Source: Caldisericales bacterium (GTDB lineage Bacteria; Caldisericota; Caldisericia; JAAYUI01). Taken from it: a DNA stretch of 64,000 nucleotides. The notes beneath the pieces are model-generated. The model did not search any database, was not told the origin of the DNA, and saw only the letters and a program-made list of their open reading frames with translations. Where the stretch lies: positions 31,843 through 95,842 of the forward strand of contig JAAYUI010000026.1 of the NCBI GenBank assembly GCA_012517765.1. The letters run 5' to 3'. Made by a program: the position numbers and the translations under genes. Positions 45,827-53,875 of the stretch are shown here, piece after piece; the first letter of the stretch is position 1, and each line of letters starts with the position of its first letter.

Positions 45827-46009
45827 CGCCTGCACGCCCTTCGGTGTCTCTTGGATCTCGAACCTAACTCTGTCGCCTTCCTTAAGGGACTTGAATCCGT
45901 CAGCCCTAATGGCTGAAAAATGTACGAAAACGTCCTCTCCGTTGTCAGCACGGGTGATGAATCCATAACCCTTCTTTGCGTTAAACCACCTAACAGTTCC
46001 TTCTGGCAT
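45806..46009 (-). CDS. cspA: cold-shock protein (CspA family)
   Basis: 67 aa. [18 protein letters not shown] (RNP1) and DVFVHFSAI (RNP2). Confidence 0.95.
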   Translation of the reverse strand: MPEGTVRWFNAKKGYGFITRADNGEDVFVHFSAIRADGFKSLKEGDRVRFEIQETPKGVQASNVAIC

Positions 46010-46080
46010 TCTACTTCTCTTTCCTTCTGCTCCTTTTTCAGGAGCTAATACTAATTTGGGCTTTTTGCCCTTTTATAGTG

Positions 46081-46105
46081 AAAAAGGCCTCATAAATCCG
46101 AGGCC
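46081..46105 (-). terminator. rho-independent terminator after paralog A
   Basis: Stem ggcctc (46086-46091) / gaggcc (46100-46105), 8-nt loop. U-run on the minus strand (plus-strand aaaaa 46081-46085). Confidence 0.7.
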
Positions 46106-46144
46106 CAAATCACTTGGACTTCAAATTCACACTTTGATTATACA

Positions 46145-46894
46145 CTATAAAACAAAATTTGCAATCTTTCCCCTGTTTATCCAAATGAGTTTTGCACCAA
46201 GTGCGTCACCAACAGCTTTTACTGGTACAAAGGTCTTTCCGCTGACTATCTCTGGCGGAGCATCAAGCGGATAATCTTTGCCGTTGATTTTTGCGTTTTT
46301 TTTGCCGACCCACATCTGTCCGACAAGTTTGCTGCCTTTCTTGATGTCGATTCTCTTTTCCGAGGCGACCCAGCCAACTGTTCCACCGAGGCTTTCAATG
46401 CCTATGCGGAGCGGTGCCATTGATTTGCCGTTTTTGATATAGCATGCACCACCATGGGGTGTGAGATCAACTTTCTTTCCGTCAACAGCGCAAACAGTAA
46501 TTGGCTTTTTGGTTGTTGTGTCAAGCGAGAGGAAGAACGTAACGCATTTTTTGTATTTTGCCGACCCGGGATGGTCCATGAAATCACCAGGATACGTTTT
46601 GGCATTCAATTCCTCAATGTTTGTATATCCATCGCCGTCCGCGTCAAATTTCTCAAACGCATCAAAGTCGCCAAGTTCTTCTGTATTTTCATACATTACG
46701 CCATACGGGTTTCTTGGCCCGGTGCCTTCCTGTATGAAGTGGCAGCAAAGACATGTCTTGTCGATCTTTGATCCCTTCAGCTTCGGATAGGTAAGAATGA
46801 GTTCATCGTGGTAATCCTGTTGTGCGTAAACATAAGCGAATGCACCCAGAATGAGTCCGGTAAGTACCAGAACTGCCACAATTGACCTTTTCAT
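46145..46894 (-). CDS. secreted CXXCH + EF-hand-loop + copper-amine-oxidase-N-like (stalk) domain protein, paralog A
   Basis: Signal peptide MKRSIVAVLVLTGLILGAFAYVYA. KTCLCCHF (CXXCH). DADGDGYTNIEE (canonical 12-residue EF-hand loop). C-terminal stalk-like domain (GKSMAPLRIGIESLGGTVGW…GKTFVPVKAVGDALGAKLIW). Confidence 0.7.
   Translation of the reverse strand: MKRSIVAVLVLTGLILGAFAYVYAQQDYHDELILTYPKLKGSKIDKTCLCCHFIQEGTGPRNPYGVMYENTEELGDFDAFEKFDADGDGYTNIEELNAKTYPGDFMDHPGSAKYKKCVTFFLSLDTTTKKPITVCAVDGKKVDLTPHGGACYIKNGKSMAPLRIGIESLGGTVGWVASEKRIDIKKGSKLVGQMWVGKKNAKINGKDYPLDAPPEIVSGKTFVPVKAVGDALGAKLIWINRGKIANFVL
46704..46819. repeat. 116-nt tract about 92% identical to 47525-47640 (47-nt perfect core 46767-46813)
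   Basis: Direct base-by-base comparison gives 9 mismatches in 116. It encodes the QQDYHDELILTYPKLKGSKIDKTCLCCHFIQEGTGPRNPYG module of paralog A. Confidence 0.9.
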
Positions 46895-46956
46895 TTACAC
46901 ATACCTCCTTGGTTTTCTATCCTCAATACAATATTTTTTGTTTCAGGTTCAGCCTT

Positions 46957-47718
46957 TTATTTAAGGTTGTAGTTCCAGATTTTACCCATTGTTATCTTTG
47001 CTTCGGTGGCACCAAGGGCCTTGACTGCGAGGTCAAATGTCGAAACAAACATGTTCTTTCCCTTAAGTTCCGGAGCAATCTTGCAATTGTAGTCTTTTCC
47101 ATTGAGCTTGCCCTTTGCTTTTCCGACCCAGAATTGCGCAACAACCTTGCCACCTTTTTTGACGTCGAGTCTGCCCTTGCCATCTTTTGCATTGAAGATT
47201 GCAGTTGCACCAAGTCCATCAACAACCGGCTTCCATGGGGCCATTACCGTTCCCGATTTTTCATATGCGGCCCCGCCAAGTGGCGCTATGTCAACTTTCT
47301 TCCCACCAGCAACACAGACAGTAATGTCTTTTTTTGTCTTCGTGTCCTTTGAAGTGAAGAAAGTCACGCATTTTTTGAATTTCCTTGGTGATGGCGAGTC
47401 AGAAAAATCACCAGGATATGTTTTTGCATTGATTTCCTGGACGTTTGTATATCCGTCACCATCTGCGTCAATTTTTTCAAATGCTGCGAAATCGGCAGAT
47501 CCCTCGTTTTCATAGAGGACGCCGTACGGGTTTCTCGGCCCGGTGCCTTCCTGTATAAAATGGCAGCAAAGGCAGGTTTTGTCAATTTTTGATCCCTTCA
47601 GCTTCGGATAGGTAAGAATGAGTTCATCGTGGTAGTCCTGCTGGGCAAAGACGAACGCAAGTGTTCCAAGCATTATCAATGCAGTGGTGGCTACAGCAAT
47701 CAATGTGTTTTTTTTCAT
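46957..47718 (-). CDS. secreted CXXCH + EF-hand-loop + stalk-domain protein, paralog B
   Basis: Start reset to MKKNTLIAV (ATG 47718, AGGAGG 6 nt upstream). Same module order as A: KTCLCCHF, DADGDGYTNVQE. The C-terminal half is diverged. Confidence 0.7.
   Translation of the reverse strand: MKKNTLIAVATTALIMLGTLAFVFAQQDYHDELILTYPKLKGSKIDKTCLCCHFIQEGTGPRNPYGVLYENEGSADFAAFEKIDADGDGYTNVQEINAKTYPGDFSDSPSPRKFKKCVTFFTSKDTKTKKDITVCVAGGKKVDIAPLGGAAYEKSGTVMAPWKPVVDGLGATAIFNAKDGKGRLDVKKGGKVVAQFWVGKAKGKLNGKDYNCKIAPELKGKNMFVSTFDLAVKALGATEAKITMGKIWNYNLK
47525..47640. repeat. 116-nt tract about 92% identical to 46704-46819
   Basis: See the partner repeat. Perfect core 47588-47634. Confidence 0.9.
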
Positions 47719-47892
47719 GGACATCCTCCTGGTGCAGGTGTGTTTTCCTTTATGAAAGTTTAAGGGCACACAGGTCAAAACAAGGTCACCAAGACTAAAC
47801 CCAGGTTTAAGCTTTGATTACAGCTTTGTTCTGCCAGCACACATCTTTACAAAGTTCAAAATTTAACATTGAATTAAGTTTGGTTTCGGGAA

Positions 47893-48663
47893 TCAATCGC
47901 CTTCGCAGCAGGATTTTTTTGCTTTATATCCGATATTGAGAATTTTGGACGGTGCTACCCAGTTCAGTTCTGCATCCATCGAATCGGAAAGGGCCCTTAC
48001 AGGAACAAAGGTACTGCCACCAACTATTTCGGAAGGGTTCCCAAGCTTGTAGTCTTTGTTTTTTATTCTTGCGGTGTTTCTTCCAATCCAGAACTGCGCA
48101 ACCACTGTTTCGCCCTTTTTTATGTCTATTCTTCTTTCAGAACCAAAGAATGATGCTGTGCCGCCAAGGTTTTCCACTGCAAACCTCAATGGAGCCATGG
48201 AAGTACCGTTTTTGATATAGCAGCTGTTACCACTGGGCAATTCGACATATTTCCCGTCCACAAAAGAGTATGCTGGTATCTTGCCTGTTTTTGGTGCCTG
48301 GAAAAAAATCAGGCTGACACATTTTGAATATTTTTTTGGGTCTGGCTGATCAGTGAACAACCCAGGATATGTGCCTGCTTTTATCTCATCAATATTTGTG
48401 TATCCATCTCCATCGGAGTCGATTCCTTCTATCTCGGAAAACCCTTTCATGTTGTTGGCGGCAAATGATATTCCAAAAAGGTTTCTTGCTGTTCCACCCT
48501 CAGGTGTGATGTGGCACAATGAGCAATCTCTGTATAATTTTGTGTTTTTGGCATCAGGGTATCTTGCAAAAAATGCCTCCCTGTAAGTTCCTCTTCCAGT
48601 TACCACTCCGGCAGCAGCAACTATGAAAAATATTGACAATACAAATACCATTGTTCTTTTCAT
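47893..48663 (-). CDS. secreted CXXCH + EF-hand-loop + stalk-domain protein, paralog C
   Basis: Start reset to MKRTMVFVL (ATG 48663, GGAGAG upstream). RDCSLCHI (CXXCH), DSDGDGYTNIDE, stalk-like C-terminal domain, extra C-terminal KKSCCEGD. Confidence 0.7.
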   Translation of the reverse strand: MKRTMVFVLSIFFIVAAAGVVTGRGTYREAFFARYPDAKNTKLYRDCSLCHITPEGGTARNLFGISFAANNMKGFSEIEGIDSDGDGYTNIDEIKAGTYPGLFTDQPDPKKYSKCVSLIFFQAPKTGKIPAYSFVDGKYVELPSGNSCYIKNGTSMAPLRFAVENLGGTASFFGSERRIDIKKGETVVAQFWIGRNTARIKNKDYKLGNPSEIVGGSTFVPVRALSDSMDAELNWVAPSKILNIGYKAKKSCCEGD

Positions 48664-48726
48664 GTGCACTCTCCATATTGATTATTATTACTTAAAAATG
48701 TACATAAAGATTGTTAAAATGCAAAC

Positions 48727-50211
48727 TCAGGGTTTTTTGCCTGGCTTGCCCTGGCCCCAGAGATAGTGTGATATTCTGTCAGAATCAACGCTTGTTATCC
48801 ATGAGGGATCTTTTGATGCCATTCTTTTTACAATCTCTGGCCAGATGTCCCGTTCTTTTGTGTCTGGTGATGGTGCCTGGTGACACCTGTTGCATTTTGC
48901 CTCGAAAAGATCCTTGCCGATGTCCGGTTTTGGTGGTGTCTGTCCGGGGATCAATTTCGGGGAAATGAAAAAGATGGTGTCCTGTGTTGATGAGCTTGAA
49001 ATATCAAGCGCCATGTCAAAAAAGGTCGAGGGAACGATGATCCTTGATTTAAGAATTGTCGGTTTTGGGTCGAGCAATATCCTTTTGTCTGGCAGTTCAA
49101 CAGTTGCATTATCAATGTTAAGTTTTATTGATGAACCCGGTTTTCTGATTGTAACTGTCCTGGTTTTTGGTGCCCATAAGACCTCAAATCCCAGCGATTC
49201 ACAGACAGCCCTCAATTCAACCATGAATATTCCTGATGTGTTTTTTGCCGGTGTTGAAAGCTTTATGTTTTCGCCAGACCTGTTGTACAGGACGTAGCTG
49301 CCGGTTTTGGTGTAAGAAAGCTTTTGCGCTGGCAGCGACATCAGGTCTTTTATTGAAAACAGATAAACACCATTTTTGTCAAATTTGTGGATGTTTACCT
49401 TTCCGTCTGTCACTTCACCCACATAACAACCGGAATCAAGATAGTCGCAGATTACAGATGACGGATTTTTGACGATGCCGTCACCGCAGTCGAAAAGATG
49501 TGCAAAATTTTCAGAAAAAACGTGTACTTTCTTGGTGCCCGAATCTGCAACCCATATTCTCCTGTCGTTGTCCTCGGTTGTGGAGACATCAACCGGACTG
49601 GAGAGGACACCTTGCCCAAATGATCCTGTTAGATTGCCATATTCGGTGGTTTTAATGATCCTAGAATTGTCGGGATCACAGATAAAAACCTGTTTTATAA
49701 AATCCATATATGCACCGGCAGGATTGCCCAAAGTGGAGAGGATTTCTTTTGGAAAAACCTTGCTTGATTGCCCTGGGGGGGAGATGTGAAAGATTTTTCC
49801 TGGTGCAGTTGCTATGACGTGCTCGTAGTCTGAGTCCTGGCAAAGGGCAATCGCATTTACGCTCTGCTTGTCATAGAACAATTCCGGCCCTTTTAAGTCG
49901 TAGTTCCAAAGCTTGTTCCGGTCGTAATCGTATAGCCTGACAGTTTTTTCTGCCTCGTCAAGCATTGCGATTGCGCCACCACATGAGCAGACTGAAACAT
50001 CTGTTATTGATCCGGCGCCGATGTTTTTTGAAGAGATGAAATCGCCGAGGTATATGCCTGTTTCTGTGTCCAGGTGCATTACCTTGCCTACAGAAGCAAC
50101 TGCAACATACAGATCTTTGTATTTGCTGGTCCCGAGCCCAAGCTGGTTTGTAGGTTCAAAAGCAATCGAGTCCGGGCTGGCAAAGAGCACCAAAAAAGAA
50201 AGGGCCAGCAT
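48727..50211 (-). CDS. secreted NHL-like beta-propeller protein with stalk domain and C-terminal CXXCH segment
   Basis: Probable start MLALSFLVLFASP (ATG 50211); the longer ORF-track start 50298 would overlap the upstream gene by 62 nt. NHL-like blades (VFICDPDNSRII, RRIWVADSGTKKVHVF), stalk domain (VELRAVCESLGFEVLWAPKTRTVTI), C-terminal DLFEAKCNRCHQ. Confidence 0.6.
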   Translation of the reverse strand: MLALSFLVLFASPDSIAFEPTNQLGLGTSKYKDLYVAVASVGKVMHLDTETGIYLGDFISSKNIGAGSITDVSVCSCGGAIAMLDEAEKTVRLYDYDRNKLWNYDLKGPELFYDKQSVNAIALCQDSDYEHVIATAPGKIFHISPPGQSSKVFPKEILSTLGNPAGAYMDFIKQVFICDPDNSRIIKTTEYGNLTGSFGQGVLSSPVDVSTTEDNDRRIWVADSGTKKVHVFSENFAHLFDCGDGIVKNPSSVICDYLDSGCYVGEVTDGKVNIHKFDKNGVYLFSIKDLMSLPAQKLSYTKTGSYVLYNRSGENIKLSTPAKNTSGIFMVELRAVCESLGFEVLWAPKTRTVTIRKPGSSIKLNIDNATVELPDKRILLDPKPTILKSRIIVPSTFFDMALDISSSSTQDTIFFISPKLIPGQTPPKPDIGKDLFEAKCNRCHQAPSPDTKERDIWPEIVKRMASKDPSWITSVDSDRISHYLWGQGKPGKKP

Positions 50212-50236
50212 TGCTGGCCCTGTGGTCTTGAAATTC

Positions 50237-50674
50237 CTAGAACTCAATCCTGAGTCCTTCCAGATAGCAACCCTTGCCCCTGCGCTTTGGCGTCCCATAA
50301 ACAGTTACGGTTTTTCCGGTCCTGTCAGGCAGGACAACATTGGCTGGTTTCAAATCAACAAAAATCTCGTCAGTACCATCAGTCAGCCTGAACCATGTCC
50401 CCATCTTGCATTCAAGTACTATCTTGCCTGATACTTTGACAAGGTCCCCGGGTATCTGGTCACATTTGCTGACAATCTCACCTATCGGCATTTCGATGGC
50501 TGAATGGGTTTCTGTACTCCCGTATGTCTCCTGGACACCTTCGAGCGTGAGCCAGCCAAGGGAATACATTGAAATGAATACTCCCACGACAAGCACAAGC
50601 CCAATAATGATGATGCCGAACTGACGCACGAGGCCGGAGAAGCCCTTTCCGGTTTCTTTACGGACGGGTTCCAT
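50237..50674 (-). CDS. membrane-anchored DUF4920-like protein
   Basis: TM FGIIIIGLVLVVGVFISMY. The C-terminal domain VKVSGKIVLECKMGTWFRLTDGTDEIFVDLKPANVVLPDRTGKTVTVYG is similar in layout to the lipoprotein at 31040-31423. Confidence 0.55.
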   Translation of the reverse strand: MEPVRKETGKGFSGLVRQFGIIIIGLVLVVGVFISMYSLGWLTLEGVQETYGSTETHSAIEMPIGEIVSKCDQIPGDLVKVSGKIVLECKMGTWFRLTDGTDEIFVDLKPANVVLPDRTGKTVTVYGTPKRRGKGCYLEGLRIEF

Positions 50675-50716
50675 TTTTTACCCTCCTTTGCTCTGTACGC
50701 CTGTCAGCCTGGCCAA

Positions 50717-51103
50717 TCATTTGAAGAACTGGCCGTCCTTGTACTTGAAGCTGTCAATGACCTTGCCGTCCTTTATGATGGCAATGCCAGTGCAGCAACC
50801 CGCATTGAAAGTTTTTGCTGTAACATTGCTGTCGCCATAAGTCCTTGCGTAATAATCTACAGCTTCTTTTTCCAGCGATTTCAAATCTGTTGTTGCATTG
50901 GTGGTGGGAGCAATCTGCTCGCCACACCCGGAACCGTAGCTTTCGCCACCACAGCCGCCTGCGCCAGATTCTGCGCATGAACTTCCGCAATTGTTTGCCG
51001 AGGCCAGCGAGCCTCCGTTGTTTGTATAAGCGACTATTCCAATCACTACCAGGGCCAAGACTGCTGCTCCGGCTATTATTCCGGCCCAAAACCTTCTGTC
51101 CAT
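50717..51103 (-). CDS. membrane-anchored Cys/Gly-rich hypothetical protein
   Basis: TM FWAGIIAGAAVLALVVIGIVAY, a low-complexity CGSSCAESGAGGCGGESYGSGCGE segment, and a ~60-aa C-terminal domain with a CC pair. Confidence 0.5.
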   Translation of the reverse strand: MDRRFWAGIIAGAAVLALVVIGIVAYTNNGGSLASANNCGSSCAESGAGGCGGESYGSGCGEQIAPTTNATTDLKSLEKEAVDYYARTYGDSNVTAKTFNAGCCTGIAIIKDGKVIDSFKYKDGQFFK

Positions 51104-51234
51104 TAAGGCCTCCTTTTAGGAACAATTCTAAGTAGTAGAGAGCCACTAGCAAGGTTGCGAGGTTAAGATGCAGTAAACCTGACTTTATCAGTTTTACGGT
51201 ATTGGTTCGTAATCCGGGTTCTGTTCCCGAATTA

Positions 51235-51263
51235 TTGCCAAACGCCCCGCTTGTGCTTATAAT
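51235..51263 (+). promoter_or_regulatory. candidate dnaN promoter
   Basis: TTGCCA (51235-51240), 17-nt spacer, TATAAT (51258-51263), 21 nt upstream of the dnaN ATG. Confidence 0.5.
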
Positions 51264-51284
51264 TAACCCTCCACGGAGGTGGAA

Positions 51285-52382
51285 ATGAAGTTTGAAGCCA
51301 AAAAAGCAGACATCGTCAATGCCACAAACCAAGTTGGTACCGTTGTTCCAAGAAGCCCATCAATACAGCTTCTTGGGAACCTTTTGATTGAGGCTGACGG
51401 TTCCGAGCTGAAATTCACAGGTTCCGACATGGAAACCTGGGTTTGCGTAAAAATTCCGGCCACAGTTCTGGAGCCAGGGCAAACGACTGTTCCATCCAAA
51501 ATATTCACCGAGCTTGCAGGAAACCTCCCTGGCGAAGATGTCCAGATAGAAATTGGTGATGGCTCCCAGATGGTCATGAAATCTTCCAAGGCGAAAGTGA
51601 CGCTCAATTGTGCCGATGCCTCTGATTATCCCAGGATCCCTGAGATGGCATCAGGAGACAAGGTGGTAATTGACAGGGACACGCTCCTCGGCGCAGTCGA
51701 CAGGGTCACGCCTGCACTTTCGGACAGAATGGAAGACAAAAGGGAACTCCTGGGAGCGCTTGTTTCGATAAGGGGTGGCACATTCAACCTTGTCGGGACA
51801 GATGGCCAGAGACTTGCGCTTTGCGAAGTTCCGACCCCAGGGTCACCCGAAGTAGAGGTCATTGTGGCTGGAACAGTATGGCGCAACCTTGCCAAGCTGA
51901 TTGGTGAAGGCGAAAACAGTGATGTCGGGCTCGCATTCTCCCAAAACCAGGTTGGTTTTGAATTTGGTAACGTAAGGGTCGTCAGCAGGCTGATAGATGG
52001 TGAATATCCTCCATACCGCCAGGTCGTGCCGGCCAAGTTTGAATACAAAGTCATTGTTGATATGAAGACACTCCTTTCTGCGCTGCAGAGGGTCAACATC
52101 ATTGTCAGGCAGAGCTCAAGAAAGGTCACGATTGCTGCAAGGGATGGAGAGCTTGTTTGCAAGGGAATTGCACCCGAAATTGGAGAGGTTGAGGAAAAGC
52201 TGGAAGCTGCAACTGATGGTGCCGATGTTGAGCTTTCCTTTGACATCAAGAAACTCATTGACGGAATCAAGGGCACAACAGGTCCACAGGTCCAGATCAA
52301 CATAAATGGACCGTTGCACCCTGTTCTCATACAGACAGAGGGCGACGATACCTACAAGTACATTCTTGTAACCCAGCGTTGA
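51285..52382 (+). CDS. dnaN: DNA polymerase III beta sliding clamp
   Basis: Start reset to MKFEAKK (ATG 51285, GGAGG 5 nt upstream). About 365 aa with three-domain clamp-like periodicity. Confidence 0.9.
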   Translation: MKFEAKKADIVNATNQVGTVVPRSPSIQLLGNLLIEADGSELKFTGSDMETWVCVKIPATVLEPGQTTVPSKIFTELAGNLPGEDVQIEIGDGSQMVMKSSKAKVTLNCADASDYPRIPEMASGDKVVIDRDTLLGAVDRVTPALSDRMEDKRELLGALVSIRGGTFNLVGTDGQRLALCEVPTPGSPEVEVIVAGTVWRNLAKLIGEGENSDVGLAFSQNQVGFEFGNVRVVSRLIDGEYPPYRQVVPAKFEYKVIVDMKTLLSALQRVNIIVRQSSRKVTIAARDGELVCKGIAPEIGEVEEKLEAATDGADVELSFDIKKLIDGIKGTTGPQVQININGPLHPVLIQTEGDDTYKYILVTQR

Positions 52383-53377
52383 TCGTAAAGGAATTAAGGG
52401 CATCGAATTTCAGGCTCCTGGAGGAGTCTTTTTTCGAGTTCAGGAGTGGACTCAATGTCATAGAGGGCCCCAATGCCACAGGAAAAACAACCATTCTCGA
52501 GGCCATCGGGTATTGCCTCAGGGGAAAATCCATGCTTGGCAGCCAGGATGTTGATGCGGTGTCATTTGGCAAGGATTCATTCTACCTGAGGACAGATTTT
52601 GACCAGACAACCAAAAGCCGGGTCGAGGTGTCTTTCAATGGCCGGAAGAGCGTCTTGCTGGATGGAAAGCCAGTGAGAACTTCAAGAGCATTGCTCGAGG
52701 CGTTCAAGGTGGTCACAATAACCCCGAATTCCTCTCTGGTTGCAGTTGGCCCGCCCTCCCACCGGAGGGAACTGCTTGATGATACTGCTTCGCAAATAAA
52801 TCCTTCCTGGGCGGCAGTTGTTTCTGATTTCAGGGTCGCACTGTCTGAGAGAAACCTTGCCCTCAAGAATGACAGGCCACAAAAGCTTGTCGATGTTATG
52901 ACGCTTGATTTTATTGCCCTCTCAAGGAAACTCAGGGAGGCAAGGCTGGAAGTTGTCAAAATGATGAATGGTTTTATGGAAAAAGCAAACACCAAAATGG
53001 ATTTTGGCCTGTTACACCCGATCGAGGTGGATGATTTTGCAAGGCTGTTGCCCGCCGAGAAGGCAAGGGGAATGACGCTCATTGGGCCGCACAGAGACGA
53101 CTGTTTTTTTGTGCTTGACGGCAAAAGGGTCGACAAATTTGCCTCAACGGGTGAAGCCAGATCGGTCATGCTGACCGTCAAAATTGCACAGGCCGACCTC
53201 ATTTCAAAGGCCACGGGCATAGAGCCGCTCGTTTTGGCCGATGACCTCCTTGCAGAACTGGACAGAGAGAGGCAGGAAGCTGCACTTGGAGTGCTTTCCC
53301 GGTATTGCCAGTCGTTCCTTACATGTGCCTGCAAGGCCCCTGAAGGAAACTATAATCTTGTAAGGACAAGCCAGTGA
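52379..53377 (+). CDS. recF: DNA replication/repair protein RecF
   Basis: TTGA overlap with dnaN. LRASNFR and Walker A GPNATGKTT. Confidence 0.9.
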   Translation: MIVKELRASNFRLLEESFFEFRSGLNVIEGPNATGKTTILEAIGYCLRGKSMLGSQDVDAVSFGKDSFYLRTDFDQTTKSRVEVSFNGRKSVLLDGKPVRTSRALLEAFKVVTITPNSSLVAVGPPSHRRELLDDTASQINPSWAAVVSDFRVALSERNLALKNDRPQKLVDVMTLDFIALSRKLREARLEVVKMMNGFMEKANTKMDFGLLHPIEVDDFARLLPAEKARGMTLIGPHRDDCFFVLDGKRVDKFASTGEARSVMLTVKIAQADLISKATGIEPLVLADDLLAELDRERQEAALGVLSRYCQSFLTCACKAPEGNYNLVRTSQ

Positions 53378-53850
53378 AATCACCAGTCAAAGTTGGCCAT
53401 GTCATGGTTTCTATGAACAAGTCGCGGATCCCAAAAGTCGTCTCTGCGACAATAATAGCTCCGAGATGGCCGTCAATTGTCGGGGTTGCCGTTGCCAGGC
53501 ACACCGAGCCTTATGGACTGCTCAAAGGAAGTCTCTTGGTAAGGTGCGACAGTTCCACCTGGAGTGCAGAGCTTGCAAACCACAAGAGTCTGATTGTCGA
53601 AAACATAACAAAGATGCTTGGAAAAGGGATTGTCAGCGAAATAAGGATAACAATAGCAAAACAGCCACGGCAGAATAAGAAAACCACTCCAAAAGAGACA
53701 GAATATTCAAGAATACCCCTGTCTGACAAGGAAGTGGCGATGATTGAGGAAGTGAGCTGCATGGTGCCAAAAGACCTGAAAAATGATTTTGGTGATGCAA
53801 TGGCTTCGTATATTGCAAGAAGGAAATCCTTTTCAAAAAAAGTCTTTTGA
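53374..53850 (+). CDS. DUF721-domain protein (recF-associated)
   Basis: GTGA overlap with recF. Size and position are typical of the DUF721 gene found after recF. Confidence 0.65.
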   Translation: MKSPVKVGHVMVSMNKSRIPKVVSATIIAPRWPSIVGVAVARHTEPYGLLKGSLLVRCDSSTWSAELANHKSLIVENITKMLGKGIVSEIRITIAKQPRQNKKTTPKETEYSRIPLSDKEVAMIEEVSCMVPKDLKNDFGDAMASYIARRKSFSKKVF

Positions 53851-53875
53851 TACCTGAATTTTATGGGAGTGTGAA

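Noticed and set aside
46029-46045. Hairpin GCUCCU-gaaaa-AGGAGC in the cspA 5' UTR as a thermosensor
   Set aside because: It is only 6 bp and lies 20 nt upstream of the start. It contains an SD-like AGGAG, but a second purine-rich stretch (GAAGGAAAGAG) sits closer to the AUG. This is plausible for csp leaders but too weak to call from sequence alone.
51104-51284. Replication origin (oriC) upstream of dnaN
   Set aside because: No dnaA gene is adjacent, and by eye there is no cluster of TTATCCACA/TGTGGATAA-like boxes or an AT-rich unwinding element. Only a promoter-like TTGCCA-17-TATAAT is present.
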